From NCBI GenBank assembly GCA_963844415.1, contig CAWJOA010000006.1:678494-742493 (forward strand): a stretch of 64,000 nucleotides of DNA. Reading direction: 5' to 3'. Below the pieces are notes generated by a model. The model was not told where the DNA came from, did not search any database, and saw nothing but the letters and a program-made list of their open reading frames with translations. The position numbers and the translations under genes are program-made. Of this stretch, positions 20,266 through 29,549 are shown piece after piece. Position 1 is the stretch's first letter; every line of letters begins with the position of its first letter. The stretch comes from an uncultured Chloroflexia bacterium (GTDB lineage: Bacteria > Chloroflexota > Limnocylindria > QHBO01).

Positions 20266-21254
20266 GCGAGACCGTCGTGCATGCCGACGCGCCGAGTCCG
20301 GAGGCGGTCGAGGCCGCCTGGCGGCACGTGCAGCTGGCCAGACACCCGCAGCGGCCGCGCACCCTCGATCTCGTGCCGCAGATCTTCACCGGGTTCTTCG
20401 AGCTGCATGGCGACCGGGCATTCGGCGACGACCCGGCCATCGTCGGCGGGCCGGCCCTGCTCGATGGGCGGCCGGTGATGATCGTCGGGCACCAGAAGGG
20501 GACCGATACCGAGTCGAATATCGCGCGAAACTTCGGCTCGCCCTACCCGGAGGGCTTCCGCAAGGCCCAGCGGCTCATGCGGCTGGCCGACAAGCTCGGG
20601 ATCCCGATCGTCACGTTCCTCGACACGGCCGGCGCGTTCCCAGGACCCGCGGCCGAGGAGCGCGGCCAGGCGGAGGCGATCGCCTCGAGCATCAAGCTGA
20701 TGACCGGGCTCCAGGTCCCGATCGTCGTCGTCGTGCTCGGCGAGGGCGGCTCGGGAGGCGCGCTCGCCATCGGCGTCGGCGACGTGGTCCTCTCGCTCGA
20801 GAACGCGGTCTACGCGGTGATCAGCCCCGAGGGCGCGTCGTCGATCCTGTGGCGCTCCCGTGACGAGGCACGGACGGCGGCCGCCGCGATGCGGATGACG
20901 GCCGAGGACCAGGTCGAGCTCGGCGTCGTCGACGCGATCATCCCGGAGCCCGGCGAGGGCGCGCACGCCGACCCCGCGGCGACCGCGCGAGCCATCCACG
21001 AGGCCATCCTTTCGGCGCTCCGCGACCTCTCCGGGCTCGACACCGCCGAGCTGCTCGCCAGGCGCTATGCTCGGCTGCGCGGCGCGGGCGCCTACCTCGA
21101 GACCGGGGCGGCCTCGAGCCGCCCACCGGTGGAGCCGTCGCTGCGCCACCGGATCGGCCGGATCCTCCGTCTGCCCGGCGTCCCGGCCCGGCCGCGCTGG
21201 AGCGAGATCTGGCCGAGTGCCGACGACGACTCCGAGAGCGAGAGGGGCGCATGA
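20262..21254 (+). CDS. accA: acetyl-CoA carboxylase carboxyltransferase alpha subunit
   Basis: GTG 20262 overlaps the accD stop (GTGA). Motifs FGSPYPEGFRKAQRLMRLADKLGIPIVTFLDTAGAFPG and VLGEGGSGGALAIGVGD. The 653-aa track ORF is a false extension. Confidence 0.95.
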   Translation: MSETVVHADAPSPEAVEAAWRHVQLARHPQRPRTLDLVPQIFTGFFELHGDRAFGDDPAIVGGPALLDGRPVMIVGHQKGTDTESNIARNFGSPYPEGFRKAQRLMRLADKLGIPIVTFLDTAGAFPGPAAEERGQAEAIASSIKLMTGLQVPIVVVVLGEGGSGGALAIGVGDVVLSLENAVYAVISPEGASSILWRSRDEARTAAAAMRMTAEDQVELGVVDAIIPEPGEGAHADPAATARAIHEAILSALRDLSGLDTAELLARRYARLRGAGAYLETGAASSRPPVEPSLRHRIGRILRLPGVPARPRWSEIWPSADDDSESERGA

Positions 21255-21718
21255 CCGATACCGACCGCGCCCTCGAGGCGATCAGCGCCGCCGCCGAGCG
21301 GCTCGTGCCCGAGCTCACCGAGCGTCTGCGCCGCCACGGACTCGGCGAGATCGAGGTCGCGCACGGCGACCTGCGCCTGCGCGTTGCCGCCAGCCCCGGA
21401 ACCGTGGCGTCGAAGCCCGCCGAGGCGACCGCCGGCGGCGAGGCTCCGGCCGCACCGGCCGCCACGACCGAGGCACACCCGAGCATGGTCGGGGTCGCAT
21501 CGCCGGCCGTCGGCTTCTTCGTCTACGCCGATGGCCTCGGCCCGGGGCTCGAGGTGAGCAAGGGCGACGAGCTCGGGCACGTCGAGATGCTCGGCGTGCG
21601 CCACGACGTCCGCGCTCCGCGCGGGGGGACGGTCGGCCACCTCGTCGCCGAGAGCGGCGAGGCGGTCGAGTACGGGCAGGTCGTGCTCGAGCTCGAGACG
21701 GCCGAGGCGGTTCGATGA
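21251..21718 (+). CDS. BCCP-like biotinyl-domain protein lacking the biotin-acceptor lysine
   Basis: 155 aa with ATGA overlaps at both ends. It aligns to the AccB at 25786-26259, but EAMKLFNEI is replaced by VEMLGVRHDV, with Gly115 (GGC, 21593-21595) at the Lys position. Confidence 0.8.
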   Translation: MTDTDRALEAISAAAERLVPELTERLRRHGLGEIEVAHGDLRLRVAASPGTVASKPAEATAGGEAPAAPAATTEAHPSMVGVASPAVGFFVYADGLGPGLEVSKGDELGHVEMLGVRHDVRAPRGGTVGHLVAESGEAVEYGQVVLELETAEAVR

Positions 21719-22653
21719 CGCTGGCGCTGCTGTTCAGCCCGCAGGGCTCCCAGGCGGTCGGGATGGGCCGCGAGCTCGCCGATCACTCGCCGGCAGCCGC
21801 CGCGGCCTTCGCCGAGGCCGATGCCACGCTCGGCTGGTCGGTCTCCGAGACGTGCTGGAACGGCCCCGCCGACCGCCTCGACGACACGCGCCAGACCCAG
21901 CCGTGCCTGCTCACGACGTCCGTCGCCGCCTACCGCGCGCTCGCCGAGGCGGCCGACCCGGCGGCGGTGGTCGTGGCCGGGCACTCCGTCGGCGAGTACG
22001 CCGCGCTCGTGGCCGCCGCGGTCCTCGAGCTGCCGGCCGCGCTGCGCCTCGTCGCGCGTCGTGCCGAGCTCATGGCCGGCGCCGGTGAGGGCGGCATGGC
22101 CGCCGTCCTGGGCCTCGATCGCGATGCCGTCCAGGCGGTCGTCGACAGCCTCGCGCGTCCGACGGAGCTGGTCGTCGCGAACGACAACGCTCCCGGGCAG
22201 GTGGTGGTCTCTGGGAGCCTCGACGCGCTCGAGCGTGTCGGCGAGGGGATGCGCGCCGCCGGCGCGCGCCGCGTCCTGCGGCTGCCGGTGTCCGGCGCCT
22301 TCCACTCGCCGCAGATGGCCGGCGTCGCGGAGCAGCTGGCCGACGCGTTCGAGGCCGAGACCTGGAGCGACGCGCGCGTGCCGGTGATGAGCAACGTCAG
22401 CGCCGAGCCGCTCACCGACGCACCCCGCATTCGCGCCCTGCTCGCCGAGCAGGTGCGTTCCCCGGTCGAGTGGGTCGCGTGTGTCCGGCGCATGGTCGAC
22501 GACGGCGTCGACGTGATGGTGGAGTGCGGCGCCGGCGCCGCGCTGGTGGGCATGGTCAGGCGCATCGCCCCCGAGGTGGAGACCGCGACGGTGACCGATG
22601 CCGCGAGCCTCGCATCGGCGGTCGAGCTGCTCGGCCAGCGGGTGACGGCCTGA
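21715..22653 (+). CDS. fabD: malonyl CoA-ACP transacylase
   Basis: [18 protein letters not shown], active-site [10 protein letters not shown], and SGAFHSPQM. Confidence 0.95.
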   Translation: MTLALLFSPQGSQAVGMGRELADHSPAAAAAFAEADATLGWSVSETCWNGPADRLDDTRQTQPCLLTTSVAAYRALAEAADPAAVVVAGHSVGEYAALVAAAVLELPAALRLVARRAELMAGAGEGGMAAVLGLDRDAVQAVVDSLARPTELVVANDNAPGQVVVSGSLDALERVGEGMRAAGARRVLRLPVSGAFHSPQMAGVAEQLADAFEAETWSDARVPVMSNVSAEPLTDAPRIRALLAEQVRSPVEWVACVRRMVDDGVDVMVECGAGAALVGMVRRIAPEVETATVTDAASLASAVELLGQRVTA

Positions 22654-24013
22654 TGGCGGTCGGCAAGATCCTCATCGCCAACCGCGGCGAGATCGCGGTG
22701 CGCATCCTGCGCGCGTGCCGCGACCTCGGGATCCCGGCCGTCGTCGCCTTCAGCGAGGCCGACCGCGACTCGCTGGCGGTGCGCCTGGCGGACGAGGCGA
22801 TCTGCATCGGTCCGGCCGAGGCGCGCAAGAGCTACCTGAACCAGCCCGCGGTCATCAGTGCGGCCATGATCACCGGCTGCGACGCGGTCCACCCCGGCTA
22901 CGGCTTCCTCAGCGAGGACGCGAGCTTCGCCGAGGCCTGTGCGGCGCACGAGCTGACCTTCATCGGTCCGCGACCGGAGGTCCTCGAGCGGTTCGCCAGC
23001 AAGTACGCGGTGCGGCGCATGCTGGCCGCGAACGGCCTGCCCACCGTGCCGGGCAGCCGCGGGATCGTCACCGACCTAGCCGATGCGCTCGAGCAGGCCG
23101 GCGAGGCCGGCTACCCGGTGCTCCTCAAGCCCTCGGCCGGCGGTGGGGGCCGCGGGATGCGCCTCGTGCGCTCGCCGCGCGAGATGGAGACGTCGCTGCC
23201 CCTCGCCCGGTCGGAAGCGCAGGCCGCCTTCGGCGACGACAGCGTCTACTTCGAGCGCTGGATCGAGGAGTCGCGCCACGTCGAGGTGCAGGTCGTCGTC
23301 GACCGCCACGGCAACGGCGTCCATCTCGGCGAGCGCGACTGCAGCGTGCAGCGCCGGCACCAGAAGATCATCGAGGAGGGCCCGTCACCGGCGATGAACG
23401 ACGCGAGCCGCGAGCGACTGCGCGACCTCGCCATCCGCAGCGTCGTGGCGGCCGGCTACGAGAGCGTGGGGACCCTCGAGTTCCTCCTCGACGCCGAGGG
23501 CAACTTCTACTTCATCGAGATCAACTGCCGCATCCAGGTCGAGCACCCGGTCACCGAGGCGCTGACCGGCGTCGACCTCATCGCCGAGCAGATCCGGATC
23601 GCGGCCGGCGAGCCGCTGACCCTGCGGCAGGACGCGATCACCTTCCGCGGCCACGCGATCGAGTTCCGCATCAACGCCGAGGACCCCGGCGACAACTTCT
23701 CGCCCCAGACCGGCGAAATCGACTGGCTGCAGCTGCCCGGTGGTCCCGGGGTGCGCGTCGACACCCACCTCTACCCGGCTACGAGGTGCCGCCCTTCTAC
23801 GACAGCCTGCTCGCCAAGCTGATCGTGTGGGGCGACACGCGCGAGATCGCGCTGGCGCGCTCCCGTCGAGCCCTCGCCGAGTTCGAGGTCGGCGGAGTGC
23901 GCACGAACATCCCGTTCCACCGTGGCATCGTCGACAACGAAGCCTTCCTCGACGCGCGCGTCAGCACGAACCTGCTCGACCGGGTCGGGCCGGCCGCCTT
24001 CGTGCCAAGCTAG
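22653..24013 (+). pseudogene. accC: acetyl-CoA carboxylase biotin carboxylase subunit, interrupted by a 1-nt deletion near 23775-23779
   Basis: [46 protein letters not shown]. After ...VRVDTHLYP the sequence continues in the +1 frame as [26 protein letters not shown]... to stop 24013. Observed ccggct where ccgggc would be in frame. The span is 1361 nt (3n+2). Confidence 0.9.
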
Positions 24014-24036
24014 CGAACCAGAGCGCCTGGAGAACC

Positions 24037-24528
24037 ATGACGACCGACACCCAACCGACCCTTGGCCTGCCGCTCGAGGCGGCCGAGATCATGCGCATCC
24101 TCCCGCATCGGTATCCGTTCCTGCTCGTCGACCGCGTCGTCGAGCTCGAGCCGGGCAAGCGGGCCGTCGGGATCAAGCAGGTGAGCGCCAATGAGCCGCA
24201 GTTCACCGGCCACTTCCCCGGCCGGCCCATCATGCCCGGCGTGCTCATGGTCGAGGCGCTGGCCCAGACGGCCGGGATCGCGGTCCTCACCCTCGAGGAG
24301 TACCGCGGCAAGATCGGCCTCTTCGCCGGCATCGACGAGTGTCGCTTCCGGCGGCTGGTCGCGCCGGGCGACACGCTGCGCCTCGAGGTGACCGTCGAGA
24401 AGCTGCGTGGCATGTTCGGCCGAGTGAAGGCGGTGGCGACCGTCGACGGCGAGGTCGCCGTCGAGGCCACCCTCAGCATCATCATCCCGCGCGACCAGGA
24501 GATCGCCGGAGCCCAGACCGATGCGTGA
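24037..24528 (+). CDS. fabZ: 3-hydroxyacyl-ACP dehydratase
   Basis: [19 protein letters not shown] and [22 protein letters not shown]. Confidence 0.95.
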   Translation: MTTDTQPTLGLPLEAAEIMRILPHRYPFLLVDRVVELEPGKRAVGIKQVSANEPQFTGHFPGRPIMPGVLMVEALAQTAGIAVLTLEEYRGKIGLFAGIDECRFRRLVAPGDTLRLEVTVEKLRGMFGRVKAVATVDGEVAVEATLSIIIPRDQEIAGAQTDA

Positions 24529-25789
24529 CGGCGAGCGCCGCGTGGTCGTCACCGGGATGGGCGCGCTGACGCCGATCGGCAACGACGTGCCCGCCTTCTG
24601 GGACTCGCTCGTGAACGGGCGCAGCGGGATCACCCGGATCACGTCCTTCGACCCGGCCAGGACCGCGGCGAAGGTCGCCGGCGAGATCAAGGACTGGGAC
24701 GCCGAGTCGGTGATGCCGAAGAAGGAGATCCGGCGCAACGACCGCTACGTGCACTACGCCTGGGGCGCGACCGTCGAGGCGATGGCCGATGCCGGGCTCC
24801 CGAACCCGATCGACGACGACGCGCTCGCGTGGCGCACCGGCGCGATCATCGGCTCGGGGATCGGCGGCATCAACACGATGATCCGCGACATCATCGAGGC
24901 CAACGAGCACGGCATCGAGCGCGTGGGGCCGTTCCTCGTGACCGCCCTCATCCCGGACATGGGAGCCGGCTACGTCGCGATCTACGCGAACGCGCGTGGC
25001 CCGAACTACGCGACCGTCAGCGCGTGCTCCAGCGCGAACCACGCGATCGGCGCCTCCGCGAACTACATCCGGCGCGGCGACGCGGACGTGATGATCGCCG
25101 GTGGCGCGGAGGCGGGTATCGGCGAGATCCCGGTCGCTGCGTTCAGCGCGATGCGCGCGCTCTCGACGCGCTGCAACGACAACCCCGAGAAGGCGTCGCG
25201 ACCGTTCGACGCCGAGCGCGATGGCTTCGTGATGGCCGACGGCGCCGGCATCCTCGTCCTCGAGGCGCTCGACCACGCACGCGCACGCGGCGCGACGATC
25301 CACGCCGAGCTGGTCGGCTACGGCGCCACCGACGACGCCTCGCACATCACCCTGCCCGCACCCGGTGGCCGTGGCGCGGTCGAGTCGATGCGCGTCGCGA
25401 TCGCCGACGCGGGGCTGGAGCCCGCCGACATCGGCTACATCAACGCCCACGGCACGTCGACGCCGCCGAACGACAAATCCGAGACCGCCGCCATCAAGAC
25501 GCTGTTCGGGGAGCAGGCCTACCGGGTCCCGGTAAGCAGCACGAAGTCGATGACCGGCCACCTCATGGGCGCGGGTGGCGGGGTCGAGGCGGTCGCCACG
25601 ATCCAGACCCTGAAGACCGGGATCATCCCGCCCACGATCAACCTCGACCACCCCGACCCCGAATGCGATCTCGACTACGTCCCGCACGAGGCACGGCAGG
25701 TCGAGGCCATCGACGTCGGCATGAGCAACAGCTTCGGCTTCGGCGGTCACAACGCCACCCTTGTCTTCCGCAGGTACGACGGCGCGTGA
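24521..25789 (+). CDS. fabF: beta-ketoacyl-ACP synthase II
   Basis: [13 protein letters not shown], active-site [35 protein letters not shown]. Confidence 0.95.
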   Translation: MRDGERRVVVTGMGALTPIGNDVPAFWDSLVNGRSGITRITSFDPARTAAKVAGEIKDWDAESVMPKKEIRRNDRYVHYAWGATVEAMADAGLPNPIDDDALAWRTGAIIGSGIGGINTMIRDIIEANEHGIERVGPFLVTALIPDMGAGYVAIYANARGPNYATVSACSSANHAIGASANYIRRGDADVMIAGGAEAGIGEIPVAAFSAMRALSTRCNDNPEKASRPFDAERDGFVMADGAGILVLEALDHARARGATIHAELVGYGATDDASHITLPAPGGRGAVESMRVAIADAGLEPADIGYINAHGTSTPPNDKSETAAIKTLFGEQAYRVPVSSTKSMTGHLMGAGGGVEAVATIQTLKTGIIPPTINLDHPDPECDLDYVPHEARQVEAIDVGMSNSFGFGGHNATLVFRRYDGA

Positions 25790-26259
25790 GCGATCAGCCG
25801 GAACCGATCCTGGCCGCGGTCGACCTGCTGGCGCCGGCGTTCGCCGACGCCGGGCTCGACGAGCTCGAGCTGTCGGTCGGCGACCTCCACGTGCGCCTGG
25901 CGAAGCCTCGCGCGGCTGCGCCGATCGCCGCGGCGGTCCCCGCCGAGACGCCTGCCGCCATCCCCGTGCCGGCACCGTCCACCGATGGGCTGACGCCGTT
26001 CGGCGAGCCGGCACCGGGCATGCGCTTCGTCAGCGCACCGCTGACCGGCGTCTGGTACCCCGCCCCGTCGCCCGGCGCCCGTCCCTATGTCAACGAGGGC
26101 GACGAGATCGCCAACGGCCAGGTCATCGGCCTCATCGAGGCGATGAAGCTATTCAACGAGATCAAGTCGGATGCCTCCGGCCGAATCACCCGCGTCCTCG
26201 TCGAGAACGGGACGCTCGTGAAGCGGAAGCAGCCGCTGCTGGAAGTCGACCCGCGATGA
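25786..26259 (+). CDS. accB: acetyl-CoA carboxylase biotin carboxyl carrier protein (canonical)
   Basis: GTG 25786 overlaps the fabF stop (GTGA). Canonical biotinylation motif GLIEAMKLFNEIKSDASGRI. Confidence 0.9.
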   Translation: MSDQPEPILAAVDLLAPAFADAGLDELELSVGDLHVRLAKPRAAAPIAAAVPAETPAAIPVPAPSTDGLTPFGEPAPGMRFVSAPLTGVWYPAPSPGARPYVNEGDEIANGQVIGLIEAMKLFNEIKSDASGRITRVLVENGTLVKRKQPLLEVDPR

Positions 26260-26281
26260 GCGCACCCCGAGGAGCACCGGA

Positions 26282-27364
26282 ATGAATACGCCGACGGGCA
26301 CGAATGCCCTGATCACCGGATGGGGGATGTACGCGCCGTCGCGCGTGATGACGAACGACGAGCTGGCAAAGATGGTCGACACGAGCGACGAGTGGATCGT
26401 CAGCCGGACCGGCATCCGCGCGCGCCGGATCGCGGCCGATGACGAGACGACGACGTCCCTGAGCGTGAATGCCGCGCGGGACGCGCTGGCGGTGGCCGGA
26501 CTCGACCCCGCCGAGCTCGATCTCGTCATCGTCGGCACCTGCACGCCGGACTACCCGCTGCCCGCCACGGCCGTCCTGATCGCCACGGAGCTGGGCGCGA
26601 CACGCGCGGCCGGCTTCGACCTCCAGGCCGCGTGCTCGGGCTTCCTGTACGGCTACGCGGTCGGCACGAGCTTCATCCGCAGCGGGATGTACCGCAACGT
26701 GCTCGTCATCGGTGTCGAGGTGCTCAGCCGCTTCCTGGACTGGACCGATCGCAGCACCTGCGTGCTGTTCGGCGACGGCGCCGGCGCGGTCCTGCTCCAG
26801 GCGTCGGACCAGCCTGGCGGGGTGCTGGGCATCGACCTGTTCAGCGACGGGACCGGCTGCGAGGGGATCATCATGCCGGCCGGCGGGGCGATCAACCCGC
26901 CCTCGCACGAGACGGTCGACGCGCGGATGCACACGATCAAGATGCTCGGCAGCGAGGTCTACAAGTACGCCACCCGCCAGATGGGCGAGTCGGCGCTGGC
27001 GGCCCTCGGCCAGGCCGGGCTGACCGTCGACGACATCGACCAGTTCGTCTTCCACCAGGCCAACCTGCGCATCATCAACAGCGTCCAGAAGCAGTTCGGC
27101 ATCCCCGACGAGAAGACCTACGTGAACATCGAGAAGTACGGCAACACGAGCGCCGCATCGGTGCCGATGGCGCTCGCCGAGGCCGTCGCGGCCGGCCGGA
27201 TCAAGCAGGGCGACCGCATCCTCATGGTCGCCTTCGGCGCCGGCTACACCGCTGGCGGCGCGGTCGTCGAGTGGACCGCCGACCCGGCGCGCGCCTTCCT
27301 CGCCCCCGGCGAGCAGACGCGGATGGGGCAGCCGCAGCGGACCCTCGAGCGCGCCGGCGTCTGA
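26282..27364 (+). CDS. fabH: beta-ketoacyl-ACP synthase III
   Basis: TSDEWIVSRTGIRARR, catalytic Cys in QAACSGFLYG, His in FHQANLRII, Asn in YGNTSAASVP. Confidence 0.95.
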   Translation: MNTPTGTNALITGWGMYAPSRVMTNDELAKMVDTSDEWIVSRTGIRARRIAADDETTTSLSVNAARDALAVAGLDPAELDLVIVGTCTPDYPLPATAVLIATELGATRAAGFDLQAACSGFLYGYAVGTSFIRSGMYRNVLVIGVEVLSRFLDWTDRSTCVLFGDGAGAVLLQASDQPGGVLGIDLFSDGTGCEGIIMPAGGAINPPSHETVDARMHTIKMLGSEVYKYATRQMGESALAALGQAGLTVDDIDQFVFHQANLRIINSVQKQFGIPDEKTYVNIEKYGNTSAASVPMALAEAVAAGRIKQGDRILMVAFGAGYTAGGAVVEWTADPARAFLAPGEQTRMGQPQRTLERAGV

Positions 27365-28119
27365 TGTTCGACCTCACCGGCAAGACCGCGCTCGTCACCG
27401 GTGGCAGCCGCGGGCTCGGCCGCGCGATCGCGCTCGCCTTCGCCGGTCAGGGCGCCGACATGGCGATCAACTACCGCGGCAACGCCGACGCCGCCGAGGA
27501 GGTCGCCGCCGAGATCTCGGGACTCGGGCGACGCGCGGTCACGATCCAGGGCGACACCGCCGCCGGGCGCGAGGCGGCCGAGGCGATCGTGAAGGCCGCG
27601 CTCGACGGCCTCGGATCGGTCGACATCCTCGTCAACAACGCCGGCATCACCCGCGACAACCTGCTCATGCGCATGGACGCCGACGAGTGGGACGCGGTGA
27701 TCGACACCAACCTGTCCGGCCCGTTCTGGATGACGCGCGCCATCGCGCGACCGATGCTCAAGGCCCGATCCGGGCGCATCATCAACATGTCCAGCGCCGC
27801 CGGGCGGATGGGGAATCCCGGCCAGGCGAACTACGCCGCCGCCAAGGCGGGGCTCATCGGCCTCACGAAGACGACCGCTCGCGAGCTCGCCAGCCGCGGG
27901 ATCACCTGCAACGCCATCGCCCCCGGGCTCATCACCACCGATCTCACCGCCGACCTGCCGGAGGCCGCCACCGAGGCGCTGACCGCGTTGACGCCGCTCG
28001 GCTACGTCGGCTCGGTGGAGGACGTCGCCGCCGCGGCCGTCTACTTCGCCTCCGACGAGGCGCGCTACGTCACCGGCCAGGTGCTCGGGGTCGACGGCGG
28101 CATCGTCATGGGGAGCTGA
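27364..28119 (+). CDS. fabG: 3-oxoacyl-ACP reductase (SDR)
   Basis: ATG overlaps the fabH stop (TGATG). TGGSRGLGRAIA, NNAGITRD, and SSAAGRMGNPGQANYAAAKAG. Confidence 0.95.
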   Translation: MFDLTGKTALVTGGSRGLGRAIALAFAGQGADMAINYRGNADAAEEVAAEISGLGRRAVTIQGDTAAGREAAEAIVKAALDGLGSVDILVNNAGITRDNLLMRMDADEWDAVIDTNLSGPFWMTRAIARPMLKARSGRIINMSSAAGRMGNPGQANYAAAKAGLIGLTKTTARELASRGITCNAIAPGLITTDLTADLPEAATEALTALTPLGYVGSVEDVAAAAVYFASDEARYVTGQVLGVDGGIVMGS

Positions 28120-28140
28120 GGCGCGCCGCCGCCGCTCCTC

Positions 28141-28156
28141 GGCCGCTTCTGCGGCC
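28141..28156 (+). terminator. short GC hairpin after fabG (possible terminator without a U-tract)
   Basis: GGCCGC-ttct-GCGGCC lies 22 nt after the fabG stop. No T-run follows. Confidence 0.3.
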
Positions 28157-28160
28157 AGGC

Positions 28161-28180
28161 ATCACTATATCGTTAGTGAT
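28161..28180. promoter_or_regulatory. AT-rich inverted repeat ATCACTA-N6-TAGTGAT upstream of sodN (candidate operator)
   Basis: Perfect 7-bp arms (28161-28167 and 28174-28180) in a locally AT-rich patch. TTGACA follows at 28188-28193. The site is about 120 nt upstream of the sodN start. Confidence 0.45.
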
Positions 28181-28302
28181 ATATCCATTGACAGCGCGCC
28201 GCGCGTGGAGTCTCTGGGCGAGGCTCCTTCATCGGCCCGTGGCTTGCAACGACCTAAGATTGGACCACCCAGCAAGCGATCCCTCACCGGAGAAGGAGAC
28301 CG

Positions 28303-28734
28303 ATGCTTTCCCTGCGCACCATCCTGCGCCCGACGCGCATCGTCGACGCGCACTGCGACATTCCGTGCGGCATCTACGACCCCGAGCAGGCCCGCATCGA
28401 GGCCGAGTCGTGCCTCCGCATCATCGAGAAGCACGACGCCAGCGACGACGCCCTCTTCAAGGCCCGCTGCATCGGGGTCAAGGAGGAGCGTGCCGAGCTC
28501 GTCAAGCACCACCTCGACGTCCTCTGGCACGACTACTTCAAGCCCGAGCACCTCGAGACGTACCCCGACCTGCACGAGACGTTCTGGAAGGCCACGAAGC
28601 AGGCCTCGAAGGTGAAGCAGTCGCTCGACGCGGGTGCCGCCAAGGAGCTGCTCTCGATGATCGACACGATCGACGAGATGTGGAAGGCCACCGGCGGACT
28701 CGAGAAGACCCGGGTCAGCGGACGACCCTCCTGA
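28303..28734 (+). CDS. sodN: nickel superoxide dismutase precursor
   Basis: Ni-hook HCDIPCGIYDP follows a 16-aa propeptide (MLSLRTILRPTRIVDA). Strong RBS GAAGGAG 5 nt upstream. Confidence 0.9.
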   Translation: MLSLRTILRPTRIVDAHCDIPCGIYDPEQARIEAESCLRIIEKHDASDDALFKARCIGVKEERAELVKHHLDVLWHDYFKPEHLETYPDLHETFWKATKQASKVKQSLDAGAAKELLSMIDTIDEMWKATGGLEKTRVSGRPS

Positions 28735-28741
28735 GAGACCG

Positions 28742-29179
28742 ATGCGCCCGCGGGCGCTGATCTGGCTCGCTCTCGGCGTCGCCGCGGCCACGGCCGCTCG
28801 GCGCCGGCTCGACGTGGTCGAGGTCCGCGGCCGCTCGATGGCACCGACGCTGCTTCCAGGCGATCGGCTCCTCGTCGTTCGGGCCGGGCCGCGCCTCGGT
28901 GACGTCGTCCTCGCTCCGGACCCGGGCATGCCGTCACGCGAGCTCATCAAACGCGTGGCATCCGTCGACGGCGATGCCGTCGACCTGTGTGGTGACAATC
29001 CCGTTGCGAGCACGAACGCCAACGTGGCAACGGGCAATGTCCGTTGGCGGGCCGTCCTGCGGTACTGGCCACCGGCCCGCGCGACGGCCCGGCTCGGGAG
29101 AGCACCGCGACTCGATCCGATCGTCGAGGGCGGCGAGCCGGCCTGTGCCGTTCCCGAGGCGCTGATCGCGGGGCCCTGA
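28742..29179 (+). CDS. sodX: S26-family signal-peptidase-like NiSOD maturation protease
   Basis: Directly downstream of sodN, with the S26 serine motif GRSMAPTLLPGD and KRV. Confidence 0.8.
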   Translation: MRPRALIWLALGVAAATAARRRLDVVEVRGRSMAPTLLPGDRLLVVRAGPRLGDVVLAPDPGMPSRELIKRVASVDGDAVDLCGDNPVASTNANVATGNVRWRAVLRYWPPARATARLGRAPRLDPIVEGGEPACAVPEALIAGP

Positions 29180-29183
29180 CGAG

Positions 29184-29549
29184 CTACGCGAACGCGACCT
29201 CGACGGGGAGAGCGCCCGCGGCCCACGAGCTCAGCGGCCGCCCTTCCGACCAGCCCTGGTACTTCGCGGCGACCAGCTGTCGGGCGAGCAGCTCGCGATC
29301 CTCGCCCTCGATCACGCGTGCCACACCGGCCACCGTCTGGCCGCCGATCCGGACGCGCACGCGCGGATCGGCAATGAGGTTGCGGACCCAGTGCGCGCGA
29401 TGCCCGCCACCCGCCAGGAAGTAGACGCGCTCGCCATCGGTCCCGAACCAGATCTCGATCGTGCGCGGCCGGCCGCTCGTGCGACCGGTGGTCTGGAGGT
29501 GGCAGACGCCGTCGCCGCCGTGCGCCGCCAGCAGCTCCCTGGGACTCAC
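29184..29549 (-). CDS. nitroreductase-family deazaflavin-dependent oxidoreductase-like protein (DUF385 type)
   Basis: TTGRTSGRPRTIEIWF...GGGHRAHWVRNLIADPRVRVRIGG pattern. GTG 29549 overlaps the upstream stop (GTGA). Confidence 0.7.
   Translation of the reverse strand: MSPRELLAAHGGDGVCHLQTTGRTSGRPRTIEIWFGTDGERVYFLAGGGHRAHWVRNLIADPRVRVRIGGQTVAGVARVIEGEDRELLARQLVAAKYQGWSEGRPLSSWAAGALPVEVAFA

Noticed and set aside
18207-21149. Very long antisense ORFs (980 aa here; also 2055-4397 at 780 aa and 57672-60725 at 1017 aa)
   Set aside because: These are Arg/Ala/Gly/Pro-rich shadow ORFs on the strand opposite clearly homologous genes, which is typical of high-GC DNA. They have no motifs and span several real genes.
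28240-28280. TTGCAA half-site and GCTTGC/GCAAGC inverted repeat upstream of sodN as a Nur box
   Set aside because: There is only one TTGCAA half, with no second half at N5 spacing. The 6-bp repeat is short enough to occur by chance.
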